Part shown: piece after piece, positions 11,898-25,678 of the stretch | Layout of the letters: each line of letters opens with the position of its first letter | How positions within the stretch are numbered: the stretch's first letter is position 1 | DNA from: Malacoraja senta | Lineage: Eukaryota | DNA length: 64,000 nucleotides | Direction: 5' to 3' | NCBI GenBank assembly: GCA_038087875.1 | Contig: CM075977.1 | Coordinates: 132,060,001 to 132,124,000 of the forward strand | The notes under the pieces: model-generated | Seen by the model: the letters and a program-made list of their open reading frames with translations, nothing else | The model's database searches: none | Told to the model about the DNA's origin: nothing | Made by a program: the position numbers and the translations under genes

Positions 11898-13666
11898 TAT
11901 AAGGCAGTATAGAAAGCTGCTGAGAAGACATCCTTGTGGGACTCCGGTGCAGAGAATTATCGTGGAGGAAGTATATTCGGGCTAAAGGAAGAGTTATGGG
12001 GAATGGGACTCAAATAAGTAACATTTTACTCATGCAGGCAGTCAAGACAGAAAGCACTCATTATGTATTTTATGTAAGCTAAAGCCTAATATAATTGAAA
12101 TAATATAAGGATTCCCAAAGCACCATTTCCAAAAGAATGTACCATCACAATTGGAGATTTAATATTTTGACAAGAAGTTCTGGCAAAAGGTAATTCAATT
12201 GGTACCTTATTAATGAGTGTACGATCATGAGGGGCATGGATTAAGTGAGCGTTCTTCAGTCTAGGAAGAGGATTCTAAAACTAGAGGGCACAGACAGCAT
12301 GAGAGGGAAGAGATTTAACAGGGCCTTCGGGGGCAACTTGCTCACTCACAGAAAGCCATAGAAGTAGATACAATTATGACGTTCACAGACTCAGCGTGGA
12401 TAGCCTGTTCCCTTGCTGTATAGCTCTGTAATAAAATAAGAGCCCATATAATCACACCTCCTTACCTCCCCCGCACCCACTATCTCTCAACCACATTCTG
12501 ACACAAAACAATCAACAATCATTGAGAAAACCAAGTATTCGAGCAATGAATGCACACATTATTGATAATCATAGATAATTATAATCACCGGCATTAAGTG
12601 ATTTATTGCCTCCACTGGTGAAGGCTGGATGTGAAGCAAAATATTTTATTTCAAATATTTATCAAATTTTATGCAACATCTGAAAATTAAATGGATATCT
12701 CAAAGAAACATCATAAAGCAGTATCACGTTGAAAACATTTTAATTCAAGTTAGGATCTCACAATCTGATATAGGCTAATAACTCTGGATTACAAAATAGC
12801 AATAGCCATTACATGCCTACCATCTACAAATTATTTCTATACAGTAACTATAAGATTCAAGTACAGATACAATAATTTCTAGAAATAAAATTACCTGCAG
12901 CAAAAAGTTATGAAATTCAGTATAAAGCAAATACATATGGTGAGAAGCACCAAAACAGGCTAGAAATCTTAGTGGCATTTCAATTTTATTCATCACTGAG
13001 CATGTTTCCAGCAATAGCGTTTCTTTCTATTTCAAATGAAACTTGAGGTATTTTCCTAAATTCCAAATTGAAATTGCGCCATTTGTGGTAAGATGCATAA
13101 TATTTATAGAAAACCATTGAGAATAAAACCCATTGCAGCATGGTGTTCTTTTATTTAGTTGGAACCTGCAATCTATGATTATTTTTTAGCTCACCTAATT
13201 TAATTTGCATTTAGCACTTCTTATGATAAATACCAATAAATATAACCTTGGTTTTTATGTACTTTTTGACCCCAATTTTTTAGCAGTGTTTTCGATGATA
13301 TATTTTTCCACTATCGTCACACTAATGGAGGAAAGTTACATATTTTTAATTATGATTTTGAAATAAAATGCCAGGTTACATCCTAAAATTTTGACACCAT
13401 TTTACCGAGACAAAATTATGCCTAACGGTCTGATTCAGATTAAGAACAGAAAGAAGATGTAAATACTCTGCGTTCAGAGTAGTTTTCGGTATTTAACAGG
13501 TAATTATGATGCTGCTACTTGCCAACCCCACTGTGCATTATTTATACTGATGAAAGAAAATGATTGTTTAATTGGAATAGACTATTTTAGTTTGCTGTGA
13601 AATGAATATTGTTTATTGTAATGACAATAACTCTTCTTCAGATCTCAAAATCTCCAGTTGTTTCCT

Positions 13667-13772
13667 CTAACTGTCCAGGTGTGAATTCTCCACTTTGTGC
13701 TGAAATCTCTGTGAATTTGAAAATTGCTCATCTTCTATCTGACTGAAAAGTGTTTCAAAGTACTTTAGATTC
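13667..13772 (-). CDS. LOX: Candidate LOX terminal exon coding part (Q-NLKYFETLFSQIEDEQFSNSQRFQHKVENSHLDS*)
   Basis: Strong acceptor ttcatctttattgtttttcgttcag| in phase 2, followed by AT-rich, largely TE-poor UTR-like sequence with miR-29 seeds and AATAAA. Other acceptors are possible. Confidence 0.4.
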
Positions 13773-15016
13773 CTGAACGAAAAACAATAAAGATGAATTT
13801 TAACTTCCAGTCTATCTGTGAACTGAGCGTCAACTACTTTAATAACTGGGCCTCTTTTACGAACTGCAAACCATCTTCCTGGCTAAAGCAAATGGAACAA
13901 GGCAGCTGGCAGCCTTCAAGTAGGTCATACTTGGGCTCAAAAGATGCCTTATGGCATCAAAATAAGTAATGGGGTGGATATTCAGACTCCCTTTAAATCA
14001 TAATTACAATGCTAATTGCAATGCTTCAAAAACATATGCTCGGTAAGAGTCAAGTAGGAATGGTAACATTTACTTAATCCCCCTAATATTTTTCTGAATG
14101 TAGAATCTTTGTTTTTTGTTTAAAAAAGAAACATGAAGTACAGAAGCGAGAAAACTGCAAATTCGCTGCAATCATTTGTTAGATCTTACAAGTACTTTTT
14201 TCCAATTCTGTGCACTACATTTTAAAAGGAATGATGAGATTCTCTAGATAAGGTGCAGAGGAGATTAACATAAATAGCGAGATGTTTCAGTTAAATTCTC
14301 AGGTGTGAAACGCTCAGGACAGAGGAGGTGTAAGGAAAATGTATTAAGGATGTTCAGCATTAAAAAGTTTTTAAGAATAATTGGAGAGAAACTATTTTTA
14401 CTAAGAGAAAAGCTGGTCAGAGGTGAATCTCAATTTAAGTTGATTGCCAGAAGAACCAAAGGGGAAATATGTTTTATGCAGAAATTTGTTGTTTGAAAGC
14501 ACTTCCTGAACAGTAATGCAAGAACATTTTCTGATAAGAAATTGGATAATAGTGCTGGCAGAGATATATTGGGCCAAAAGTTCAATAATTGATCTCCAAT
14601 TGAGAAGTTTGTAATTTTTTGATACTCATGAATCTTTAACTAATTTTATCTTTTTATGTATCAATACTGTTAGTGTTTCACTTTATAGGCCTTACAATGC
14701 AGATTGTTCACTTAATCACAGTGTTTTACACCTGGAGGGATGGTAAACATGTATTCCTCTGAGATCAGGGCAAATTAATTTCAAGTCCAAGAACAGCTTC
14801 ACCCTTTAGCATGCAGAATCAGTGCAGGCAGGTAGCACATCAGCCTATTGCTTCCTTATTATTTTGTTTTAATTGTGCTTATAGAGATTTAATTGAAAAT
14901 TTATGCATCTTATTGGTTATTTTTTTAACAACTGAAAATAACCAATTTTAACAAACATTAATAAAAGAAAATAATCCCCGAATTGAAGCAAAATAAAAAC
15001 TGAAGAGTTCAAATAT

Positions 15017-15185
15017 AGACACAAAATGGTATAGTAACTCAGTGGGTCAGGCAGCATCTCTGGAGAAAACAGATAGGTGACGCTTCAGGTCGGGTACCTT
15101 GTAGCTGAGAGATGCTGCGTGACCTCCTGAGTTACTCCACCATTTTGTGTCTTTCTTTGGTTCAAACCAGCATCTGCAATTCCTT
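15017..15185. repeat. Palindromic Penelope-derived repeat
   Basis: Inverted arms gacacaaaatg..gtaactcag..gcagcatctc / gagatgctgc..ctgagttac..cattttgtgtc. Confidence 0.75.
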
Positions 15186-15644
15186 TTTATTATATACTGA
15201 AAAAAATCAAGTTCTAGATGAACAGTAAATGAAGCAACATCACCACATTCCTCCAATTATGGCAATATTACAACACATGAATATGTTAGATCACCATTGT
15301 CAAATACAAGTCATATAAGCCATAGCTTTGCTGACAACTGTACATTATTTACACAAATAATTTAAAGGGAGGGATTGCCATAATTTAGGTGGCAAATCCA
15401 AAGGCAATTTTGTTAAATTAATAACTTTTATGAGTCACTTTCTTTACAGTACCATACATACAATTTTTAAATCATGTGCCATGTTTCTCCATGTGTGCAG
15501 TACTGACCTTGTACTATAACATATGCTAGAATCTGTTCATACTAAAACTAGAGAAAGTAAATAATTCACTTCTGCAGAAATCATTCATATTAAATAATGA
15601 AGATTTGTTAAGATTTCTAAATGCCCATCATTGTATATGGGACA

Positions 15645-16099
15645 TAGACAAAAATGCTGGAGAAACTCAGCGGGTGAGGCAGCATCAATGGAGCGAAGGC
15701 ATAGGCGACTAATGTGGGGGGGGGGCTGGAAAAGGAAAGGAAGAGGCGGAGACAGTAGGCTGTGGGAGAGCTGGGAAGGGGAACGGAAGGAGGGAGAAAG
15801 CAAGGAATACCTGAAATTGGAGAAGTCAATGTTCATAACTCTGGGGGTGTAAACTACCCAAGCAAAATATAAGGTACTGCTCCTCCAATTTGCGGTGGGA
15901 CTCACTCTGGCCATTGAGGAGGCCCAGGACAGAAAGGTCGGATTTGGAATTGGAGGGGGAGTTGAAGTGCTGAGCCACTGGGAGATCAGGTTGGTTAATG
16001 CGAACTGAGCAGAGGTGTTGGGCGAAGCGATCGCCAAGCCTGCGCTTGGTCTCATCGATATAGAGTAGTTGACACCTAGAGCAGCGGATGCAGTAGATA
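15645..16099 (-). mobile_element. Penelope-like element 3' fragment (GIY-YIG endonuclease plus pLTR)
   Basis: The minus strand translates IYCIRCSRCQLLYIDETKRRLGDRFAQHLCSVR ... KLEEQYLIF, followed by the shared repeat tail. Confidence 0.85.
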
Positions 16100-16525
16100 T
16101 GGGACTAACTGTTTATGTGTCTGAATTGTCAATGTGTATAAATTACCCATGTTATTATGCCATCACACCTTCACACTTTTTATTACTTTGATTTTATTCT
16201 TCATAAATATATTTTATTTTAAATCTTAAGTACACAAAGAACTGAGAGAAATCCTACTAGGGATTATAGAATTTCAGGGAAGAAACCATTTTGTTTTAAC
16301 CTGTTATTTTTTTTTTAATTTACGGCTTTGCCTTTGGTAATGTTTATAATAATCTAATTTTATATTTTTCTGGAAATATTTTCTTTATTTCCAACTTTCA
16401 ATTGTTATGTTTTGTTTTGTTAAATAAAAATTCAAATTATTTGTGGATGGTTATTTCCAATGAACGAATTCTGCACTAAATGTAAAAATGAAAAATTACA
16501 TCTTCTTGATAATAACATTCCATTT

Positions 16526-16650
16526 TCTGAAGAAAGGACCTGACCCAAAATGTCGCCTATCCATTCCCTCCACAGATGCTGCCTGACCTGCCGAGTTACT
16601 CCTGCACTTTGTGTTTTACTCAAGATTCCAGTATCTGCAGTTCTTTATGT
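16526..16650 (+). repeat. Penelope-derived repeat, degenerate hammerhead
   Basis: CTGAAGAAAGGACCTGACCCAAAATGTC plus the family tail. Confidence 0.7.
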
Positions 16651-17992
16651 TTATCTGATTCCAATTTCATTATTATTAATATTTTCCATCCATTGTATTT
16701 TAAAGTAGGTGTTATTCTTAAAATGAATTTGTTCTACAGTGAAATATTTTCACAGTTACTGGTGATATTAAATCAAACTTCAATCACCAGTCTCAGCAAT
16801 AGGAGCCTTCAATTGTGAGCTGTTTCATTTGTAAACTCATAAATTTATATTTACATAATTTGACATCATAGATTTCAGAATATGAATTATAATTCTGCTC
16901 TTTAATGTAGAATATAAGAATGAATTGTCTTTAACATTTATTCCACAGGAATAAATATCACCAGGTCCTTAGGGGTATTGTGATGGAATAGTTAGGCTCA
17001 AAGTTACAAAAATGCATGTGTATCCTTAGCATTTGGATGAAGTGGTGTAAAATAATTTATTATTGCAAAATTGATTTATGTATTAATTGGATGTCTGGTG
17101 AAGAACTTAAATGCATGGATGTTTCCACACCTCTTAACTACATAAATATATTGTGACAAATAGAAATAATTCTCATGTTTCAGTTGTGATTACAATTGCT
17201 GACCCAAATGTGTATGGCCACAGATAACAAGTGAGGGATTTACGTTTCAGATCAATGCGCAGAATATAATTGGATTGTTGCAAAATGTAAATGAAGTATT
17301 TTGAGTTTTAATACTATTTTTAATATAACAAGCTTAATCCCATGATATTTATTCAGTGGTTATCAGGACGCTGTGTCTTTCATGTCAGAAGGTAGCTTTT
17401 TCGAGGTGATTGAGTTAGAATAATCATGTCTTTCATAAATCTATCACAACAATAGTCTAACCACACTATTCCCTTGGCATTTCTTTGCCATGGGAGAATG
17501 CCTTCATGCAGAATGGATAAAAACTGTAGCAAGTGCCTTCATAATATCAATCTTTAATGAATGAGTTAAAGTATCAAAATAAATTCCACTGCAATAGTCC
17601 TGATTGGTTCCAGGGGCCCAAACACAGTGTTACGGGTTTTAAGATGGAAGCATACATTCTCTTAGATTTCAACATCTTCTGCAAATAATACCTGTTCCAG
17701 TTGTTTGAGTTGAATGGTGCCATGTAAGGAGACTGAAGTTTAACTTGTTTATGACTTGGAAATGTTACCTATTATATCCATTCTTTAGCACATCTCGCTC
17801 TTTGTGAAGTTAATATCTGAAAAAGGAAGATAAAAATTGAATATAGATGAACTTTGTTACAAGCCAAACACATTCCAATACAGATCTATTAAAAGTATGC
17901 TCATGTAATGATTTTTGTTTTTGAAAGAATCATAAGCAGCAGGGAAGTAGAAACAAAAAACAATGAAAGGACACAAAGTGCTGAAAGTTCTA

Positions 17993-18122
17993 CAGACTGA
18001 AGAAGCATGCCGACATGAAACATCACCTATAAATATTCTCTGGAGATACTGCCTGATCCATTTAGTTACTCCAGCACTTTGTGTTCTTTTGTGTAAACCA
18101 GCATCTACAGTTACTGTTTCTA
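17993..18122 (+). repeat. Penelope-derived repeat, degenerate hammerhead
   Basis: CTGAAGAAGCATGCCGACATGAAACATC plus the family tail. Confidence 0.7.
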
Positions 18123-19570
18123 CAAAAAAAACAATGAAGTGGATAACCCAAATACATTGTATATGATTCGCAGTCGTACTAATATAGTGCAAGCGTAAAC
18201 ATGACCCAAAGTAGCAGGCACTAACTGGGAAGGTATATAAATCTGCAAATCTGACTCCTACACAGGTGAGTCAGTGCTGGCCATCTTTGGTTGCCTATTG
18301 CTAAAGTCATACCAACACTGAAGCCGAGACAAGATTTGATGGTGGAATTCTCATATTTACTTCTTCCTCCAATCTACCTCATCCTTGTGCCTCACACCTC
18401 TCCCGGTGCCAAATCATATTCTTTTCCAATTTACAAGCTGCAGATATTAAAATGAAATATGTTTCCTGTTTCCCTCTCAAGTGGGATTGAAATACAATTG
18501 GCTCTCTTTGAATTGAGGACTTCAGTCACCTCTTTTCACCAATGGGTGGCAAGCTGGAAGATACTGCAAATAGCTCGAATCTTCAAACTAAATACACAAA
18601 ATACATTACCACTGACAGCTTAACAGACGCTGGCATATAGCAAATGCTCTGATCTGCAAGTGTAGTTGTACCTACATCATTGGCAGATTTCAGTAAGAAC
18701 ATCTTTAATGAAAGGCACATAACTCACACATTGTTCCTTGAAATCCATTTAAAATCATTCCCTAAACATGTCAGTAATGGGAGACCGTCTCCACATGTTC
18801 CTCTCTCTTCACAATTGACCCCACTGCCACTTTCCTCTTCTAGCAGCTTGTCCTTGGCTCATTCTTCTTGATAATGCTTCATTATAAGACTACCACCAAA
18901 AGCACCAAATGTCTACAATCAACAGTTTTACACCAAATCTTAAAGTAAATACTAAGTATTTCATTACCTCCTATACCACAGTAGAACACTGCAATTTGAA
19001 AAACTAGAAAGTGCCAAATGCAGCAAAAGAAATTAAACCTACAACTAATCCATAAGGAGCTTCTGATCATTGAAATTCCTCCTGCAGGATACTACCCCTG
19101 ACTTCATTTGTATTTGACTGCATCGTAAGAAAGATGTTAGCTAGAGCATTGAATGCCAAAATGACAGCATTAACAGCAAATTGGCATTGCATATTGATTA
19201 ACATGATCGTCTCCATACTCTGTGTACTGCCTACGGTTGCTCAATGCACATGTACTCGGTTTCCTATCCATAAGGCATTAACTCCAGCTGGCATAATAAG
19301 TGTATTTTGAGAGTCTGGACATTTTGGACCTTCCAAAAAGAAGATGTTATCTTGGTGTAATTATGAAAATAGGTTAATAAAAACCTGTGCCAGACATGAT
19401 GAAGTGGAAAATCAAGGCATGCTATTCTGGCTAGAATAACAGAAACTAGTTCACAACTCAAAATTATCTGTAGATCCTGGGCCACAAAAAAGCAATGTAA
19501 TTTACAATGGCAAAGAAGATATATCTTATTTACAGTGTGTTTTGTCACAGGGCATTTACAAAAATATCAG

Positions 19571-20281
19571 ATAGAAACATAGAAAATAGGTGCAGGAGTA
19601 GGCCATTCGGCCCTTCGAGCCTGCACCACCATTCAATATGATCATGGCTGATCATCCAACTCAGTATCCTGTACCTGCCTTCTCACCATACCCCCTGATC
19701 CCTTTAGCCACAAGGGCCACATCTAACTCCCTCTTAAATATAGCCAATGAACTGGCCTCAACTACCTTCTGTGGCAGAGAATTCCAGAGATTCACCACTC
19801 TGTGTGAAAAAAAAATTTCTCATCTCGGTCCTAAAAGACTTCCCCCTTATCCTTAAACTGTGACCCCTTGTTCTGGACTTCCCCAACATCGGGAACAATC
19901 TTCTTGCATCTAGCCTGTCCAACCCCTTAAGAATTTTGTAAGTTTCTATAAGATCCCCCCTCAATCTTCTAAATTCCAGCGAGTACAAGCCGAGTCTATC
20001 CAGTCTTTCTTCATATGAAAGTCCTGCCATCCCAGGAATCAGTCTGGTGAACCTTCTCTGTACTCCCTCTATGGCAAGAATGTATTTCCTCAGATTAGGA
20101 GACCAAAACTGTACGCAATACTCCAGGTGTGGTCTCACCAAGGCCCTGTACATCTGCAGTAGAACCTCCCTGCTCCTATACTCAAATCCTTTTGCTATGA
20201 ATGGTGGGATACCATTCGCTTTCTTCACTGCCTGCTGCACCTGCATGCCTACTTTCAATGACTGGTGTACCATGACACCCA
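19571..20281 (-). mobile_element. CR1 LINE 3' end, young
   Basis: ORF 19758-20309 encodes the CR1 ORF2 C-terminus; (TTTCTATG) tail. Confidence 0.92.
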
Positions 20282-21523
20282 GTGGATGTTTGATACTGTT
20301 AACGATCATTATACTAGAGTTCTCTCACACTAGAAACTCATTCTTCCACATGAATGGCACATTTTTTCATGCCAGGTCATGTTATATCATTAGCAAAAGA
20401 AGCATTACATCGTGGCAGCCCTGTAATCATTGGTATTGCGATCATGCATATCTTTATCTGTAACATGCAATGAACTTCATTACATTGAAATAAATGAATC
20501 TGTTGACATTTCCACATAGTGTTCTGAAAATGTAGAATTTACTTATTTCAACATCAGCACACGGGGATGCAGCAAAGTATCTGGAAATGACTGAGATAAA
20601 GGACCATCTCAATAATACAGCAGAGAACCAAAAGGAACAGAACAACACATTTTACCAAGGAGATTAGCTATTAGCAAAAGAAAGCTAAATGGCCCTGACT
20701 TACCTACACCCAAGGGACAGTAAAGAAAGAACTAACCAAAGTTCAGCCATATGAGAAATGTTAGACATTTGTAATACACTTGATAGAAAAGGAATAGGCC
20801 CTTTGGCTCGCAATGTCTGTGCTGAACATGATGCCAAGATAATCTCTATCTGCACCTAATCCATATCCCACCATTCCATGCATGTCCATGTGCCTATATA
20901 AAGTATTTTAAATACCATTATCATGTCTGCTTTCACCACCATCCCAGGCAACTCGTTTCAGGCACCCATCACTCTGTATTAAAAAAAGATTGCCCTGCAC
21001 ATTTCCTTCAAACTTTCTGACCCTCCAGTGTTTGACATTTTCACCCTGGGAAAAGGGTTCTGTAGTGATTGATAGTTCTGTTCATCCAGTTTTTTTATTC
21101 AACATTACCTAATTGCATCATCAAAATCAAAACAATGTCCTAGAGAGAACAATACCAGAGCTTTTCATTGTACCCAGACCTGATGATTTAAGTGGTTTGT
21201 TTTCACGTTAATAAATTTTATTCTGAAGCATTAGTTCTGCTCTCAGCTGCAAAGTTGCCAGAAAAGACATGACACAATAATGATGGTTGCCAAGTCTGTG
21301 ATATATTGCAAATATTTTTTGAGGCTATATTACAGGAACATGCAGTATGTTTCTCGTAAAATGTGTATGTAGTAATTTCTCATTTATTAAGATTAATCCA
21401 AAGAAATGCATTTAACCAATCTAATGTTTATTACATATGGTTCTAATTTTTTGCTCTTATTGAATGTCTTGATGATTTATTATGTATGGTGTAACTTAGA
21501 ATGACAACTACAGAAACATTTTT

Positions 21524-23118
21524 GAATGGCTGAAGGCTGATAAATCCCCAAGGCCTGATGGTCTGCATCCCAGGGTACTTAAGGAAGAGGCTCTAGAAAT
21601 TGTGGATGCATTGGTGATAATTTTCCAATGTTCTATAGACTCAGGATCAGTTCCTGTGGATTGGAGGGTAGCTAATGTTATCCCACTTTTTAAGAAAGGC
21701 GGGAGACAGAAAACGGGGAATTATAGACCAGTTAGCCTGACATCGGTGGTGGGGAAGATGCTGGAGTCAATTATAAAAGATGAAATATCCGCACATTTGG
21801 ATAGCAGTAACAGGATCGGTCCGAGTCAGCATGGATATACAAAGGGGAAATCATGCTTGGCTAATCTTCTGGAATTTTTTGAAGATGTAACTTGGAAAAT
21901 GGACAAGGGAGAGCCAGTGGATGTAGTGTACCTGGACTTTCAGAAAGCATTTGATAAGGTCCCACATAGGAGATTAGTGGGCAAAATTAGGGCACATGGT
22001 ATTGGGGGTAGAGTGCTGACATGGATAGAGAAGTGGTTGGCAGACAGGAAACAAAGAGTAGGGATTAACGGGTCCCTTTCAGAATGGCAGGCAGTGACTA
22101 GTGGGGTACCGCAAGGCTCGGTGCTGGGACCGCAGCTATTTACAATATACATCAATGATTTGGATGAAGGGATTCAAAGTAACATTAGCAAATTTGCAGA
22201 TGACACAAAGCTGGGTGGCAGTGTGAACTATGAGGATGCTATGAGACTGCAGGGTGACTTGGACAGGTTGGGGGAGTGGGCAGCTGCATGGCAGATGAGG
22301 TTTAATGCAGATAAATGTGAGGTTATCCACTTTGGTAGCAAAAACAGGAAGGCAGATTACTATCTAAATGGCATCAAGTTGGGAAAAGGGGAAGTACAAC
22401 GGGATCTGGGGGTCCTTGTACATCAGTCTATGAAAGTAAGCATGCAGGTACAGCAGGCAGTGAAGAAAGCGAATGGCATGTTGGCCTTTATAACAAGAGG
22501 AATCGAACATAGGAGCAAAGAGGTCCTTCTGCTGTTGTACAGAGCCCTAGTGAGACCACACCTGGAGTATTGTGTGCAGTTTTGGTCCCCTAATTTGAAG
22601 AAGGACATTCTTGCTATTTAGGGAATGCAGCGTAGGTTTACAAGGTTAATTCCCGGGATGGCGGGACTGTCATATGCTGAGAGAATGGAGCAGCTGGGCT
22701 TGAACACTCTGGAGTTTAGAAGGATGAGAGGGGATCTCCTTGAAACATATAAGATTGTTAAGGGCTTGGACACACTAGAGGCAGGAAACATGTTCCCGAT
22801 GTTTGGGGAGTCCAGAACCAGGGGCCACAGTTTAAGAATAAGGAGTAAACCATTTAGAACGGAGACGAGGAAACACTTTATCTCACAGAGAGTGGTGAGT
22901 CTGTGGAATTCTCTGCCTCAGTGGAGGCAGGTTCTCTCGATGCTTTCAAGAGAGAGCTAGATAGGGCTCTTAAAAAAAGCGGAGTCAGCGGATATGGGGA
23001 GAAGGCAGGAACGGGGTACTAATTGTGGATGATCAGCCATGATCACATTGAATGGCGGTGCTGGCTCGAAGGGCTAAATGGCCTACTTCTGCACCTATTG
23101 TCTATTGTCTATTGTCTA
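21524..23118 (+). mobile_element. CR1-clade LINE, 5'-truncated, near-intact RT
   Basis: ORF 21602-22621 with YRPVSLTS, DFQKAFDKV, GVPQGSVLGP and FADD. A single stop at 22619 precedes the in-frame C-terminus. (CTATTGT)n tail. Confidence 0.95.
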
Positions 23119-23381
23119 ATATTGTCATCTTTAGCGTTATATTTTTACAGGGAAGTTGATTTGGAAGCCATGCCACACTAATGCATTAATACGTTTCTAC
23201 CTATGCTAATTCATAAAAAGTAGGGAACACATAAAATAATCTAATATTTGCATATTCCTTATCCAATGATTGTCACTTTACTAACGTTCTAAGATGTAAT
23301 TTCATATTTGTTAGTAACTATTATTTTACGTTTATAGGATAATTTTGATTGATCATCAATGATAAATTCACAAGCACTTAC

Positions 23382-23497
23382 TGTGAAAGCCTACAGCCTG
23401 AGACATATGCATGATTGCCTGTATAGCGAAGATCACAGCGAACAACATTATTACCATAGTCTGATTCTGGAACCAAATAGCTAGGATTTACTGCAAC
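23382..23497 (-). CDS. LOX: LOX exon 6 ([38 protein letters not shown]), 116 bp
   Basis: Manual translation; acceptor ttttcacag| and donor CA|gtaag (phase 2). Confidence 0.95.
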
Positions 23498-23551
23498 CTG
23501 TGAAAAGAGGAGGAAACAGGTCAGTAATAATTCACATCATGTGATTTTTCA

Positions 23552-23677
<126 letters not shown>

Positions 23678-25362
23678 TCAATTCAGTTAACAAAGTTAGA
23701 AAAAATATATACAATTCGTATCACAGAATAAGAAATAAATCTTGTATTTGATTCACTGGACTTTTTAAAATAAAAATAAGTACATTTTAAGGCTAAGAGT
23801 ATTTTGCAAAAAATTGTACTTTGATACATCTAATTTTAAATCTCATTTATTATTTCAGCCTGAAAGAACTTCTGTCATTAAATCATATATTATACTGTAA
23901 TAATTTATTGGTAAAAGAATCAGTGAATCTGTTGCTTCTTCTTTGTTCTTATTTTCTTTATTTATTGTCAATTCCTGATTGTCCTGTAAGCTATTGTAAG
24001 TAAGTTACATAGTACACCAGTGATGTCAGTCGGTAGACACTGAGTTAGGACATTATTCCTTGAAAGACCTGAATGCAAAATCTGGGACTTCTTACAACAA
24101 TCTGACAGCTTTCATTGGCACGTTATCTAGTGGTAGATTTATTCATAATTTGTTAACTTTTATATTAATGACTCTGAATTGCTGAACCAGTATCATAACA
24201 ATCATACTCCCATGCGCTTGTCTTGGTCACTCAATATCCAGCCTACTTCATTGACAGTGAATTATAAAAGAGCAAGCAAGTTAACTATCTTTATCTTTAT
24301 TCCCAGAGCAAAAGTTCAATCATTTTAATTAGCCAATGTCGATTTTATCTGAATATATCTGTAAAAGATATGTTTTACAGGAACTTGCTTTCAGCAATAG
24401 TTTTGTTCAAAGATATTTAAAGTAAAACAGAAAAGCTTGCTATCATCATTTGATCTTTCAACCCTATGCTATGTTGAATGGAACTTTCAATGCTATGTTG
24501 AATGGAACTTTTATTTTAACTGCAACATGAAACAACCAGATGTGTACCCTCAAAGTTATCACTTATACCATTTCATAATTTCAGAAACATTTATAGTTAA
24601 GACAACTCATGGTTACAGCAAATTGTTAATAAGAAAGTTATAGTGTATTTCAATTAGAGCTCTTTTTTTTCTTACCACCTATACTGGCAATGCTATCCTT
24701 GACAACAAACAGTAACTTTGTTGGTGTTAAAAGCGGTTTTACTTTAGTTCAACTTCCTCCCACATTTCTATAAATGAAACTGAATAGTTTGTTTCTATCA
24801 CTGTTTTAAAGCTAAAGCATTCTGTACAATTACAATAAACATGACATGCAGCAAATCTCCACACAGAAGAAAGCATTGTCACCTTCAAAAATTGGTGCAA
24901 ATATAAATCTACAATATTTTCTGTGCATATCCAGCTACTCAAACAGTAAGCATTGATCGGGAAGGAAAAATTCTACGGCATAAATCTCCAACTCTTTTGA
25001 GTTGAAAATAAGATATTTTGCAGAAGATGGAAAGCGTTATGATTTTGCAGAGTGCTGCTGACTTAAGTTTAAAATAAGGTAATTGTTTCTGTAAAAGATG
25101 GTCTCACTGTAAGTAGGTTGTTTTATTCAATATCCCGAGAGCTGTGCACGTCTGCATTTCAGAAGTGCTAGTCTATAATACAATTAGAACTAGAAATTCT
25201 ATACACATTTAAAAATCAGGTTCACTTAATCAGTAACAAAAGTAATTGAATGATAAGTGCCCACTTTAAGAAAATAGAATCATAAAAGTCACCGATCAGA
25301 AGCAAGTCACTTGACACTTGGGTTAGCACCATATTACCGAACTAATCTACTCCATACTTTAT

Positions 25363-25400
25363 CCAGTCTGAAGAAGGGTCTCGACCCGAAACATCACCTA
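25363..25400 (+). ncRNA. Minimal type-I hammerhead ribozyme motif (helix III altered to GAAAC-AUC)
   Basis: CTGAAGA 25368-74, GGGTC-TC-GACCC, GAAAC 25388-92, ATC; followed by the family tail to ~25460. Confidence 0.55.
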
Positions 25401-25521
25401 TTCCTTCACTCCAGAGATGCTGCCTGTCCAGCTGAGTTACTCCAGCTTTTTGTGTCTATCTTCCATACTTTATAAACATCGGTAAGCTGTTTAATGAAAT
25501 AAAATGTATTTTTTCAGATAC

Positions 25522-25678
25522 CTGTGAATGTGCTGTACAGGCATATCTTCTGTAATACCCATAATCACAAGAGGTGTCCTCCAGGCAAAAGCTGGCTTTA
25601 TGGCCTTCAGCTACTCTTCTATGCGTGGTGGCATCCAAGAGGTCATAATGGCTAAATTCATCCATGCTGTGGTAGTGC
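25522..25678 (-). CDS. LOX: LOX exon 4 ([14 protein letters not shown]...[11 protein letters not shown]...TAHSQ), 157 bp
   Basis: Copper-binding histidines and the LTQ lysine (HKASFC); ag/gt boundaries. Confidence 0.96.
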
